A stretch of DNA of 64,000 bases, from positions 57,627-121,626 of the forward strand of contig SVAH01000003.1 of NCBI GenBank assembly GCA_015059485.1. The letters run 5' to 3'. A program made the translations under genes and the position numbers. The notes under the pieces were generated by a model. The model did no database searches. It saw only the letters and a program-made list of their open reading frames with translations, and was not told the DNA's origin. Below, one piece after another: positions 39,488-49,479 of this stretch (position 1 is its first letter; each line of letters starts with the position of its first letter). Origin of the DNA: Bacillota bacterium. GTDB taxonomy: Bacteria; Bacillota_I; Bacilli_A; RF39; UBA660.

Positions 39488-40500
39488 AAAAGAAATTTTA
39501 TGCAATGTTATTAGTAGGTATAATCTTGGTATCAACAGGTTGTGGTAGTAATGATTATATAAAAAAAGATAAGAAAACAATTGTTACTTATGAAAAAACT
39601 GGTCAAAATTTACAAAAAAACATTTTGTGCAGACCTGAAGAAGAGGATTTATTGAGTCTGTATAAAAAGTATGAAAAACAAATGGATGTTAAATTAGATG
39701 ATTTACCAGCATGTACAGAATTTAAAGTAAATTCTGGTAAATATACAAGTTTGTGGAATTCATTATTTGTTAAACCACTTGCTTATTTAATTTTAAAAAT
39801 AGGTAAATTTATTAAAAACTATGGTGTATCAGTAATGTTAGTTGGACTTGCAATAAGAATATTATTACTTCCATTTTCAATTAAAACTGTTAGACAATCT
39901 GAAGGAATGAAGAAAGCTGGCCCTGAATTAAAAAGACTTGAAAAGAAATATGAGAATAAAACAGATCAAGAATCTATGATGGCAAAATCACAAGAAATGA
40001 TGATGATTTATAAAAAATATAATATTAGTCCTTTAGGATCTTGTTTACTTGCATTTGTTCAACTTCCATTATTCTTTGGATTCTTACAAGCAATTAATAG
40101 AGTTCCCGCTATATTTGAAGATTCATTCTTAGGGCTTAAACTTGGTATGACACCAATTAAAGGAATAAGTAATAGTCAATATACATATTTAATTTTACTT
40201 GTACTTATTATTTTTACAACTTATTATTCATTTAGAGATACGATGAAACAAAATAATAGTGGTAATATTGAAGCTGAAAAACAAATGAAAATGACAATGA
40301 TGTTTATGATATTTATGATATCTATTGCTTCATTTAGTCTACCAACAGCTATAGCATTATATTGGATTGTAACAAATGCATTTATAATAATTCAAAATAA
40401 AGTATTAAAGAAAATTATTGCTATGGAAGATAGTAAAGATAAATTAATTAAACCAGTGAAGAATAAAAAAAATAATAGTAAAAGTAGTAAGAGAGGATAA
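39484..40500 (+). CDS. yidC: membrane protein insertase YidC/SpoIIIJ (lipoprotein type)
   Basis: Signal with Cys (LVSTGCGS). Conserved YidC core (MMIYKKYNISPLGSCL..LVQLPLFFGF, YWIVTN). Confidence 0.9.
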   Translation: MKKKFYAMLLVGIILVSTGCGSNDYIKKDKKTIVTYEKTGQNLQKNILCRPEEEDLLSLYKKYEKQMDVKLDDLPACTEFKVNSGKYTSLWNSLFVKPLAYLILKIGKFIKNYGVSVMLVGLAIRILLLPFSIKTVRQSEGMKKAGPELKRLEKKYENKTDQESMMAKSQEMMMIYKKYNISPLGSCLLAFVQLPLFFGFLQAINRVPAIFEDSFLGLKLGMTPIKGISNSQYTYLILLVLIIFTTYYSFRDTMKQNNSGNIEAEKQMKMTMMFMIFMISIASFSLPTAIALYWIVTNAFIIIQNKVLKKIIAMEDSKDKLIKPVKNKKNNSKSSKRG

Positions 40501-40506
40501 TTAATT

Positions 40507-41109
40507 ATGAAAGTAGTAACAGAAGCAAAAACAAAAGAAGAAGCTTTAGAAAAAGCTTTAAAAGATTTAAAATTAAATGAGAGTGATATTTTCTATAAAG
40601 TTGAAGAAATAAAGGGAAAGTTATTTAAAGCTGGTAGTGTTAAAATAACTGCTACTCCTAAAGAAGATATACTTGAAGAAATGAAATCTTTTATTAAAGA
40701 ATTATGTAATAATATGGGAATTGATGTTTCTTTTGAAAGTAATATAAGAGAAACTCAATTTAATATAAAAATGTTTTCTGATAATAATGCAATATTAATA
40801 GGCAAGGGTGGTAGAACAATGAAATCTATTGAAACTATCACTAAACAAATGATTCAAACTAAATATGGTGTTAGAGTCAAATTATTCTTAGATGTTGAAA
40901 ATTATAATGATAAAAGAATTAAACAATTAGAAAGACTTGCTATTAATACTGCTAAAGAAGTTAGAAATACTAAAGTTGAAGTTCATTTAGATAACATGAA
41001 TTCTTATGAAAGAAGAGTAATACATAATAAACTAACTGATTTTAAAGGTGTTACTACTGAAAGCGAAGGGGAAGAACCTAACAGACATATTGTTATTAAA
41101 CCAGAATAA
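40507..41109 (+). CDS. jag: RNA-binding protein Jag/KhpB (Jag_N + KH + R3H)
   Basis: KH-like GKGGRTMKSIE and R3H ERRVIHNKL motifs. Position after yidC. Confidence 0.85.
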   Translation: MKVVTEAKTKEEALEKALKDLKLNESDIFYKVEEIKGKLFKAGSVKITATPKEDILEEMKSFIKELCNNMGIDVSFESNIRETQFNIKMFSDNNAILIGKGGRTMKSIETITKQMIQTKYGVRVKLFLDVENYNDKRIKQLERLAINTAKEVRNTKVEVHLDNMNSYERRVIHNKLTDFKGVTTESEGEEPNRHIVIKPE

Positions 41110-41138
41110 AACAATTGATATAAAATCAATTGTTTTTT
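41108..41138. terminator. bidirectional terminator between jag and the convergent ABC gene
   Basis: AAAACAATTGAT-ataaa-ATCAATTGTTTTTT. The right arm overlaps the ABC gene stop. Confidence 0.6.
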
Positions 41139-42856
41139 AATTCTAATTCATATAACTTTTTATAGCCTTTACAAGTTTTCAATAATTCATTATGAGTTCC
41201 TTCAGCTTTTATTTTACCATCTTCAAGATATAATATCTTATCACTTCCAACAATTGTTGAAAATCTATGAGCTATTATCAAGATAGTATATTCACCTTTC
41301 ATATTGTTTATTGCTTCTTGTATTGATTTTTGTGTTTCATTATCTAATGCTGATGTTGCTTCATCAAATAAAATAATTTCTGTTTTTTGAACTAAAGCTC
41401 TTGCTATAGCAAGTCTTTGTCTTTGTCCACCTGATAGTGAAATACCACCTTCACCAACTACTGTATCATATTTATTAGGTAAACTTTCTATAAATTCTTC
41501 TAAACATGCAAGTCTACATGCTTCTTTTATTTCTTTTTTGGTTGCTCTTGGATTAACCAATTTCATATTATCATAAATACTCATATTAAATATATATGGT
41601 GATTGATTAATAATTGTCATATTTCCACGAAGTGAATCTTCATCAAGTTCATCTATATCTATTCCATCTATTGTTATAGTTCCTGAATCTTTTTGATATA
41701 GCTTAGATAGTAATCCAAATATAGTAGTTTTACCAGCTCCTGATTTTCCAACAAATGCAACTGTAGTATTAGCATCTACTTTAAAACTAACATCATTAAG
41801 AACTGGAATATTATCTTTATAACTAAATTTAACATTCTTAAATTCAAAATCTCCATATGCTTTCTTTAAAACTTTATTACCAAATGTCTCTCTTTCATAA
41901 GAATCTCCATCTATTATTTCAAATACACGATGAGATGATAGTTTAAAATCTTCAAGCTGTTCTTGCAAACTAGTGTAAAAATTAAACATATTATAAATTC
42001 TATCTTTATATAAATATATAGCAAGAAAACCTGGTAAAGTAATTTTTTTATTTGTTAATAAAATTATTCCTATAATAACTAAACTAAAATTTAGTAAATC
42101 ATGAATTGATCCAGTTAATAGATCATATCTTCTTAAACTTCTTCTTCCTATATAAGCAGTTTCATTGCTTGCTTTTATTCTAGATTCAGTTTCATTTAAA
42201 AAAGATTTATTGGCATTTAATACCTTTATATCACGAAGTCCTCTTATTAACTCTGCAATAAACGATGTAACTTTTTCATTTTGGCTTCTTCTTTTTTTAT
42301 CAAATTCAAACCATTTTTTTATACGTATATTTTTAAATATAAATATTATTATTGCTCCTCCAAGTAAGAAGAAAAATAATATTTTATTAATTATAAATAT
42401 TGTAATTATTATTCCCATATTTGTAATTATTCCAAGTAAATTATCTACAATAGATGGAATTATATCAGCCATTTTATTACAATCTGTATTTACACGTTCT
42501 ATAATAACTCCTGATGGAATTTCATCTAAACTTTTATTTTGAATATTCATTATAGCTTTTAAAGCTCTCATTTTTAATATTCTCATAGATTCTCTAAAAT
42601 ATATCATTAAATTTTGCCATGAAAAGTAATTACAGATATTTCTAAGTAGTTCTAATCCTAAAACTATCAATGATACTTTTAATAATTGTTCATATGAAGC
42701 TTCATTTAAAAATACTATTTGTCTTGCTGACAAAATAGGCGCTATAATACTTATTCCACTTAAAAATGGTACAAATATAACATAAAACAATAAATATTTC
42801 TTATATCCTCTTGTATATTTATATACTTTTTTAATACTTTCTATAACTTCTTTCAT
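41126..42856 (-). CDS. ABC exporter, fused permease/ATPase (MsbA/type I exporter fold)
   Basis: Six N-terminal TMs. Walker A GKSGAGKTT, signature LSGGQRQR, Walker B ILFDEATS. Confidence 0.9.
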   Translation of the reverse strand: MKEVIESIKKVYKYTRGYKKYLLFYVIFVPFLSGISIIAPILSARQIVFLNEASYEQLLKVSLIVLGLELLRNICNYFSWQNLMIYFRESMRILKMRALKAIMNIQNKSLDEIPSGVIIERVNTDCNKMADIIPSIVDNLLGIITNMGIIITIFIINKILFFFLLGGAIIIFIFKNIRIKKWFEFDKKRRSQNEKVTSFIAELIRGLRDIKVLNANKSFLNETESRIKASNETAYIGRRSLRRYDLLTGSIHDLLNFSLVIIGIILLTNKKITLPGFLAIYLYKDRIYNMFNFYTSLQEQLEDFKLSSHRVFEIIDGDSYERETFGNKVLKKAYGDFEFKNVKFSYKDNIPVLNDVSFKVDANTTVAFVGKSGAGKTTIFGLLSKLYQKDSGTITIDGIDIDELDEDSLRGNMTIINQSPYIFNMSIYDNMKLVNPRATKKEIKEACRLACLEEFIESLPNKYDTVVGEGGISLSGGQRQRLAIARALVQKTEIILFDEATSALDNETQKSIQEAINNMKGEYTILIIAHRFSTIVGSDKILYLEDGKIKAEGTHNELLKTCKGYKKLYELELKNN

Positions 42857-43012
42857 AAATCACCTCTTGTAACACATTGTATCATATATTGTAAATAAGT
42901 ATAGCCTTTTATTTTTAATAAAAGTATGCTATAATAATAACATCAAAAGAAAAGTGATTACATAGTGTAATTACTTTTTATTTGTGCTATAATACGTGCG
43001 AGGTGAAATTCC

Positions 43013-44368
43013 ATGGAAGATACAATTTGCGCTATTTCAACTGCTTTAGGTGTTGGGGCTATTTCAATAGTTAGAGTTTCTGGCAATGAAAGTATAGAAA
43101 TAGTAAGTAAAATATATAAAGGGAAAAATTTAAATCAAGTAAAAAGTCATACTATTAACTATGGCTATATTTATGATGGAGAGGAATTAATAGATGAGGT
43201 ATTAGTAAGTATTATGAAAGCTCCTAAAACATACACTATGGAAGACATTATAGAAATAAATTGTCATGGTGGAATTTCAACAACTAATAAAATATTAGAA
43301 TTATTATTAAAAAAAGGATGTAGATTAGCTGAACCTGGTGAATTTACTAAAAGAGCTTTCTTAAATGGAAGAATAGATTTAACTCAAGCAGAGGCTGTAT
43401 CTGATTTACTTAATGCAACTAATGATAAACAAAGAACTACTGCTTTAAATGGATTGAATGGTAGACTTACTAAAATCATTAAAGATTTAAGAAGTAAATT
43501 ATTATCTATTATGGCTAACATAGAAGTAAATATAGATTATCCAGAATATGAAGATGCTTTAGAGATAACACATGAAAATTTACTTCCTATGTTAAATGAA
43601 GTAAATGATGAATTTATTAAAATCCTTGAAGATGCCAAGAACTATAAAGTTATAAAAAATGGAATTGATGTTGCTTTAGTTGGTAGACCAAATGTTGGTA
43701 AGAGTTCTCTTCTTAATGCATTAACTGGTGAAGACAGAGCAATTGTTACATCCATTTCTGGTACTACTCGTGATATCATTGAGGGCTCTATGAATTTAAA
43801 TGGTATTAATCTAAATATAATAGACACTGCTGGTATTAGAGAAACAGATGACACTGTTGAAAAAATTGGAGTAACTAAATCTAAAGATATGATTAATAAA
43901 GCTGATTTAGTTATTCTACTTCTTAATAATAATGAAGAATTAACTAATGAAGATAAAGAAATATATAATTCTGTTAAAGATAATAAGCATATAATATTTG
44001 TTAATAAAACTGATCTAGATAAAAAATTAGATGTTGATAACTTGTCTAAAACTAATGTAGTTTATGGAAACACTGTTGATAATGGTGGACTTTCAGAATT
44101 AAAAAAGAAGATTGTAGATTTATTTAATCTTGGAGCTTTAGAATCTAAAGATTTAACATATCTATCTAATGCAAGACAAGTTGATATTTTTACCAAAGCA
44201 AAAAATTCTTTAGAAAATGCAATTGATAATTGTAAAGGTGAAACACCAATTGAAATGATTGATGTTGATATTAAAGATACATGGGATTTATTAGGTGAAT
44301 TAATTGGAGAAACTTATCATGATGAATTATTAGATGAGTTGTTCTCTAAATTTTGTTTAGGAAAGTAG
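43013..44368 (+). CDS. mnmE: tRNA modification GTPase MnmE
   Basis: G1 GRPNVGKSSLLNAL, DTAGIR, C-terminal FCLGK (CxGK) motif. Confidence 0.95.
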   Translation: MEDTICAISTALGVGAISIVRVSGNESIEIVSKIYKGKNLNQVKSHTINYGYIYDGEELIDEVLVSIMKAPKTYTMEDIIEINCHGGISTTNKILELLLKKGCRLAEPGEFTKRAFLNGRIDLTQAEAVSDLLNATNDKQRTTALNGLNGRLTKIIKDLRSKLLSIMANIEVNIDYPEYEDALEITHENLLPMLNEVNDEFIKILEDAKNYKVIKNGIDVALVGRPNVGKSSLLNALTGEDRAIVTSISGTTRDIIEGSMNLNGINLNIIDTAGIRETDDTVEKIGVTKSKDMINKADLVILLLNNNEELTNEDKEIYNSVKDNKHIIFVNKTDLDKKLDVDNLSKTNVVYGNTVDNGGLSELKKKIVDLFNLGALESKDLTYLSNARQVDIFTKAKNSLENAIDNCKGETPIEMIDVDIKDTWDLLGELIGETYHDELLDELFSKFCLGK

Positions 44369-44377
44369 GTGAGATAT

Positions 44378-46243
44378 ATGAAATATGATGTAATAGTAGT
44401 AGGCGGTGGACATGCTGGATGTGAGGCTGCTCATATCGCTGCATTTATGGGAAAAAAGACTGCCTTAATTAGTATGAATATAAAAAATATTGCTGATATG
44501 CCATGTAATCCAGCTATTGGTGGCACAGCTAAAGGTATTATTGTTAGAGAAATAGATGCTCTTGGCGGAATTATGGGAAAAGTTGCTGATATATCTCATT
44601 TTCAAATAAAGATGTTGAATAATGCAAAAGGCCCTGCTGTTAGAAGTTTACGTGCACAAGCAGATAAAATAACTTATCCTAAAAATATGTTAAAAGTATT
44701 AAATGAAACTGAAAACTTAGATATTATCGAAGGAATGGTTGAAGACTTAATTGTTAAAGACAACAAGGTATGCGGTATTGTTTTTGAAGATGGTAAAAGT
44801 TTAGAAAGTGAAAGTGTTATATTAACAACTGGTACATATTTAAAAGGAAGTATATTAAGAGGAGCAGAAAATACACCTTCAGGACCTCATGGTGAAAGAA
44901 GAAGTAATCATTTATCAGATAAATTAAAAGAATATGGGTTTACTATTCAAAGATTAAAAACAGGTACTCCACCAAGAATTAAAAAAGACAGTATTGATTT
45001 TTCTAAGATGTCAATTGAACTTGGAGATGATACTTATTGGACTTTCTCATTTGATAATAAACCTTCATATGATATTAATAAACAACAAAGATGTTATCTT
45101 TTATATACTAATGAAAATACACATAAAATTATATTAGATAATTTAGATAAAAGTGCTATGTATGGGGGATATGCTACTGGTATTGGTCCAAGATACTGTC
45201 CATCTATTGAAGATAAAATTGTTAGATTTAGAGATAAAGAAAGACATCAACTATTTTTAGAACCTGAAAGTTTATTTTATGATGAGTGGTACTTACAAGG
45301 ATTCTCTACAAGTATGCCAATTGATGTTCAAGAAAAAATGGTTAGAAGTTTAGAAGGACTAGAAAATTGTGTTATTTCTAAATATGCATATGCTATTGAA
45401 TATGATGCAATTGATCCATTACAATTAAAACCTTCTCTTGAAACTAAGGTTGTTGAAAACTTATTTACTGCTGGACAAATTAATGGAACAAGTGGTTATG
45501 AAGAAGCTGCTGGACAAGGTTTAATAGCTGGTATTAATGCTGTTTTAAAATTAAGAAATGAAGAACCACTTATTTTAAAAAGAAATGAAGCTTACCTAGG
45601 AGTTTTAATAGATGATCTAGTAACAAAAGGAACTAAAGAACCATATCGTATGCTTACATCACGTGCTGAATATAGATTAATACTTAGACACGATAATGCT
45701 GATTTAAGATTAAGAGAATATGCCCATCAAGTAGGATCTATTACAGATAAACAATATCAAAATTTAATAAATAAGAAAAATAAAATTAAAGAAATTAAAG
45801 ATTTATTACAAGTTAACAAATTAAAATTAAATGATGAAACTAAACAAATATTTAAAGAAAATAATTTGGATATACCTAATGGTTCTATTAGCTATGAAGC
45901 TTTATTAAAAAGACCTCAAATAAAAATAGATTTCTTAAAAAATTTTATGGAATTAAATTATGATGATGATATTTTAGAAATAGTGGAAATAGATATTAAA
46001 TATGAAGGTTATATTGCTAAAACTTATAAAGAAGTTAATAAAATGATTAAATTAGAAGAAAAACAAATTCCAGAAGATTTAGATTATGATAAAATTGTTA
46101 ATTTAGCGAGTGAAGCTAGACAAAAACTTAAACAAGTAAAGCCTATATCAATTGGACAAGCATCACGAATTAGTGGAGTTAATCCATCAGATATTGCCAT
46201 TCTTGCAGTATATTTAAAAAAGGAGTACTCAAAAGATGAATAA
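44378..46243 (+). CDS. mnmG: tRNA uridine 5-carboxymethylaminomethyl modification enzyme MnmG
   Basis: FAD motif YDVIVVGGGHAGCEAA and full-length GidA architecture. AGGTG RBS before the ATG at 44378. Confidence 0.95.
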   Translation: MKYDVIVVGGGHAGCEAAHIAAFMGKKTALISMNIKNIADMPCNPAIGGTAKGIIVREIDALGGIMGKVADISHFQIKMLNNAKGPAVRSLRAQADKITYPKNMLKVLNETENLDIIEGMVEDLIVKDNKVCGIVFEDGKSLESESVILTTGTYLKGSILRGAENTPSGPHGERRSNHLSDKLKEYGFTIQRLKTGTPPRIKKDSIDFSKMSIELGDDTYWTFSFDNKPSYDINKQQRCYLLYTNENTHKIILDNLDKSAMYGGYATGIGPRYCPSIEDKIVRFRDKERHQLFLEPESLFYDEWYLQGFSTSMPIDVQEKMVRSLEGLENCVISKYAYAIEYDAIDPLQLKPSLETKVVENLFTAGQINGTSGYEEAAGQGLIAGINAVLKLRNEEPLILKRNEAYLGVLIDDLVTKGTKEPYRMLTSRAEYRLILRHDNADLRLREYAHQVGSITDKQYQNLINKKNKIKEIKDLLQVNKLKLNDETKQIFKENNLDIPNGSISYEALLKRPQIKIDFLKNFMELNYDDDILEIVEIDIKYEGYIAKTYKEVNKMIKLEEKQIPEDLDYDKIVNLASEARQKLKQVKPISIGQASRISGVNPSDIAILAVYLKKEYSKDE

Positions 46244-46943
46244 AGAGGAGTTTATTTTAGAACTTAAAAAGATAAATATTGAATTATCTGAAGATAAGTT
46301 AGATAAATTAGATAAATATAAAGATATATTATTAGAATATAATAAACACACTAATTTAACTGCAATTAAAGAAGATAATCTTGTTTATTTAAAACATTTC
46401 TATGACTCTTTAACTATAGCAAATGATTTAAAATCCGGTAAAGTTCTTGATATAGGAACAGGTGCTGGATTTCCTGGCATGGTTTTAGCAATAGTAAGGG
46501 ATGATCTTAAATTTGTTTTACTTGATTCAAATAACAAAAAAATAAAATTTTTAGAATATTTATGTACTAAACTTGGTATAAATAATGTCACTCTAATACA
46601 TGATAGAGCAGAGAATTATATTAGAAATAATGTTGCAGCTTTTGATTATGTAACATCAAGAGCTGTTGCAAGGCTTAGAATATTATCTGAACTTGCAATT
46701 CCTGCATTAAAAGTTGGTGGTTCATTCATAGCAATGAAAGGTATTTTGGATGATGAATTGGTTGAAGCAATGACTACTATCGAAATATTAAACTCATCTA
46801 TAGGAAGTCGTAAAAAATTTAAATTACCAATAGAATTGAGTAATAGAGAAAATATTATTATTACTAAAAATGGAGATACAGATAATGAATATCCTAGAAG
46901 CTATGATAAAATTTTAAAAAAGCCACTTGTAAAAATTAAATAA
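46236..46943 (+). CDS. rsmG: 16S rRNA (guanine527-N7)-methyltransferase
   Basis: SAM motif DIGTGAGFPG. Position after mnmG, with an 8-nt overlap. Confidence 0.9.
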   Translation: MNKEEFILELKKINIELSEDKLDKLDKYKDILLEYNKHTNLTAIKEDNLVYLKHFYDSLTIANDLKSGKVLDIGTGAGFPGMVLAIVRDDLKFVLLDSNNKKIKFLEYLCTKLGINNVTLIHDRAENYIRNNVAAFDYVTSRAVARLRILSELAIPALKVGGSFIAMKGILDDELVEAMTTIEILNSSIGSRKKFKLPIELSNRENIIITKNGDTDNEYPRSYDKILKKPLVKIK

Positions 46944-46967
46944 ATATTATAAAATTAATAGTAGAAT

Positions 46968-48440
46968 ATGGGGCTGATTAGTATGAATATGGAAGAAAAG
47001 ATATTACAAGTACCTATTGAGGATATAATTCCTAATAGATTTCAACCAAGATTAACGTTTGATGATGAAGCTTTACAGGAATTAGCAACTTCAATTAAGG
47101 AACATGGAATAATTCAACCTTTAGTATTAAGAAAACTTGGAGATAAGTATGAAATAATTGCTGGTGAAAGAAGGTATAAAGCTGCACAAATTGCTGGGTT
47201 AACTTCAGTTCCTGCAGTTATTTCTGATATAGATGATGATAAAAGTGCCGAAGTAGCTCTTGTTGAAAATATTCAAAGAAAAAATTTGACTGCTATTGAA
47301 GAAGCTAAATCATATAAAAATATTTTAGATAGAGGATATTTAACACAAGAACAATTAGCTGAAAAAATTGGAATATCTCAAAGTACAATTGCAAATAAAA
47401 TGAGACTTTTAAATTTGTGTGATGAAGTTCAAGATGCTTTGCTAAAAGAAAAAATTTCTGAAAGACATGCAAGAGCTTTACTTGCTATTAAAGATCCAAC
47501 AGAACAAATTAAATGGTTAAATAAAATATTAAATGATAGATTAACAGTAAGACAATTGGATATTGAAATAAAAAAAGCTTTAAAGGGTAATAAAGAGGAT
47601 GATGATTCTGATATTCCAATAGTTGAACTAACACCTAATATTGATAAGATTAAAGAAAATGCTTTAGATATTAATCCAACTCAAGGTTTACATGATATCG
47701 AAAGTATGCTAAAACCTACAGAAGAACAACAACAGAAAGAAGCACAATTAGAAAAACAGGATAAATATGATTTAGATGAAGTTGAATTATTAGATATTGA
47801 TGGAATTGATACTTCTAATAAAAATGAAATGCCTAATAAATTCTTTAATTTCTTAGAAGATGAATCTGCAAATATGAATAATGACAGCACCATTGATGAC
47901 TTATCTTATAAACCTGAAATTAAGGATAATAGTAATGATATTGAAACATTACTTGGAAACGAATCTAATACTTCAAATAATAACATTTTAGATGAAGCTG
48001 AGTTCTTAAGTGACAATACATTTGATAATAATAACGACATGCCTACAATTGAGGAAGCACCTGAAGAAAAACATCATAAAAATACTTTCTTTAATTTTGA
48101 TTTTGATGAAAATGATAAACAAGAAAATAATACTATTGTAGATAATAATGATTCATTTGATGATTTTAATTCAATTAATACTATTGATAATGACAACAAT
48201 AATGTAATTGAATTAAATGAAGAGAAAAAAGAAGATATATTTGATCCTATGAGTATGGTTAATACTCTAGAACCTGGATATGAAGAAAAAGTAGAAGAAG
48301 AACAAGAACTTGATTTAAAAACTGCTATTGAAAAGTTTAGAGAAACAAAAGAAACACTTGAAGCAATGGGATTTATAATTTCTTTTGATGAAGCTGATAC
48401 AGGTAATAATTACAACATAAATATTAATATAATAAAATAA
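46968..48440 (+). CDS. noc: ParB-family protein of the Noc (nucleoid occlusion) type with a long low-complexity insert
   Basis: IPNRFQPR, GERRYKAA, recognition helix GISQSTIANKMRLLNL and ISERHARAL match B. subtilis Noc (PNRFQPR, GKGQSTIANKLRLLKL, ITERHARAL) rather than Spo0J (PNPYQPR, GKSRPHIANHLRLL). Position after rsmG, as in B. subtilis. About 230 aa of Asp/Asn/Glu-rich sequence lies between the DNA-binding core and the C-terminal domain. Confidence 0.7.
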   Translation: MGLISMNMEEKILQVPIEDIIPNRFQPRLTFDDEALQELATSIKEHGIIQPLVLRKLGDKYEIIAGERRYKAAQIAGLTSVPAVISDIDDDKSAEVALVENIQRKNLTAIEEAKSYKNILDRGYLTQEQLAEKIGISQSTIANKMRLLNLCDEVQDALLKEKISERHARALLAIKDPTEQIKWLNKILNDRLTVRQLDIEIKKALKGNKEDDDSDIPIVELTPNIDKIKENALDINPTQGLHDIESMLKPTEEQQQKEAQLEKQDKYDLDEVELLDIDGIDTSNKNEMPNKFFNFLEDESANMNNDSTIDDLSYKPEIKDNSNDIETLLGNESNTSNNNILDEAEFLSDNTFDNNNDMPTIEEAPEEKHHKNTFFNFDFDENDKQENNTIVDNNDSFDDFNSINTIDNDNNNVIELNEEKKEDIFDPMSMVNTLEPGYEEKVEEEQELDLKTAIEKFRETKETLEAMGFIISFDEADTGNNYNININIIK

Positions 48441-48466
48441 GATAATTTGATATTATCTTATTTTTT
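48439..48466 (+). terminator. intrinsic terminator after noc
   Basis: AAGATAAT-ttgat-ATTATCTT then aTTTTTT, overlapping the stop codon. Confidence 0.6.
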
Positions 48467-48492
48467 GTTTAAAATAAGTATGGGTGATATAT

Positions 48493-49254
48493 ATGAAAGT
48501 TTTAATTACTGGCGCATCTTCTGGTATTGGGAGAGATATGGCATATTATTTTTCTAAATTGGGATATGATTTAGTATTAGTTGCAAGAAGAACAGAAAAA
48601 ATGGAAGAAATTAAAAATAATGTTGATACAAACGTAGAAATTATAAGTATGGACTTACAGGAAAAAGAGAACTGTTTCAAACTTTACCAACAATTGAAAA
48701 ATGAAAATATAGACATCTTAGTTAATAATGCTGGTTTTGGATTATTTGGAACATTTGATAAAACTGACTTGGATAGAGAACTTGAAATGATTAATTTAAA
48801 TATTATTGCTACTCATATTTTAACGAAATTGTTTTTAAAAGATATGATAAAAAAAGACAGTGGTTATATTCTAAATGTTTGTAGTAGCGCAGGTTTTATG
48901 GCAGGGCCAAGGCTAAATACGTATTATGCTACCAAAAATTATTCACTAAAGTTAACAATGGCTATATATGAAGAATTAAAAAAAATGAAAAGTAATGTTA
49001 ATATTAGTGCGCTATGTCCTGGACCTGTAGATACAGAGTTTAATAAAGTAGCTAAAGGTGTATTCAATTTAAAAGAAGCAAATAGTTATTATGTTGCAAA
49101 ATATGCTGTGGATAACATGTTTAAAAAGAAACTATTAATAATTCCACAGTTTAAAATAAGACTAACCATATTTTTACTTAGATTTATTCCTTATAAACTA
49201 CAACTGTTGATAACATATCACATACAAAAGCGCAAAAATACGGGGAAATTTTAA
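48493..49254 (+). CDS. short-chain dehydrogenase/reductase (SDR) family oxidoreductase
   Basis: TGASSGIG cofactor motif, NNAG, catalytic YYATK. Hydrophobic C-terminal tail. Confidence 0.85.
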   Translation: MKVLITGASSGIGRDMAYYFSKLGYDLVLVARRTEKMEEIKNNVDTNVEIISMDLQEKENCFKLYQQLKNENIDILVNNAGFGLFGTFDKTDLDRELEMINLNIIATHILTKLFLKDMIKKDSGYILNVCSSAGFMAGPRLNTYYATKNYSLKLTMAIYEELKKMKSNVNISALCPGPVDTEFNKVAKGVFNLKEANSYYVAKYAVDNMFKKKLLIIPQFKIRLTIFLLRFIPYKLQLLITYHIQKRKNTGKF

Positions 49255-49255
49255 G

Positions 49256-49434
49256 TTTTCCACAAATTCCACAGGCCTGTTTATAATTATTATAAACAGG
49301 TTTTTAATTTGTTTATAAAAAATTTGTGGATTTTGTTGATATGTGTCGAATTTTGCGATATTATAAGCAATAAGTAGTGGAATTCATGTTGATAACTATG
49401 TTATTAAAAATTTAAGTCTTTAAATTTATCAACA
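49256..49434. promoter_or_regulatory. oriC part 1: DnaA-box cluster upstream of dnaA
   Basis: 9-mers close to TTATCCACA. TTTTCCACA at 49256-64 and AATTCCACA at 49265-73. TGTGGATTT at 49325-33 and TGTTGATAT at 49334-42. TGTTGATAA at 49387-95 and TTATCAACA at 49426-34. Confidence 0.65.
49276..49305 (+). terminator. intrinsic terminator of the SDR gene
   Basis: CCTGTTTATAAT-t-ATTATAAACAGG followed by TTTTT. Confidence 0.7.
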
Positions 49435-49479
49435 ATTAAGCTACAATTAATTTATGGAGATTATTCGTCAGATTGTGGG

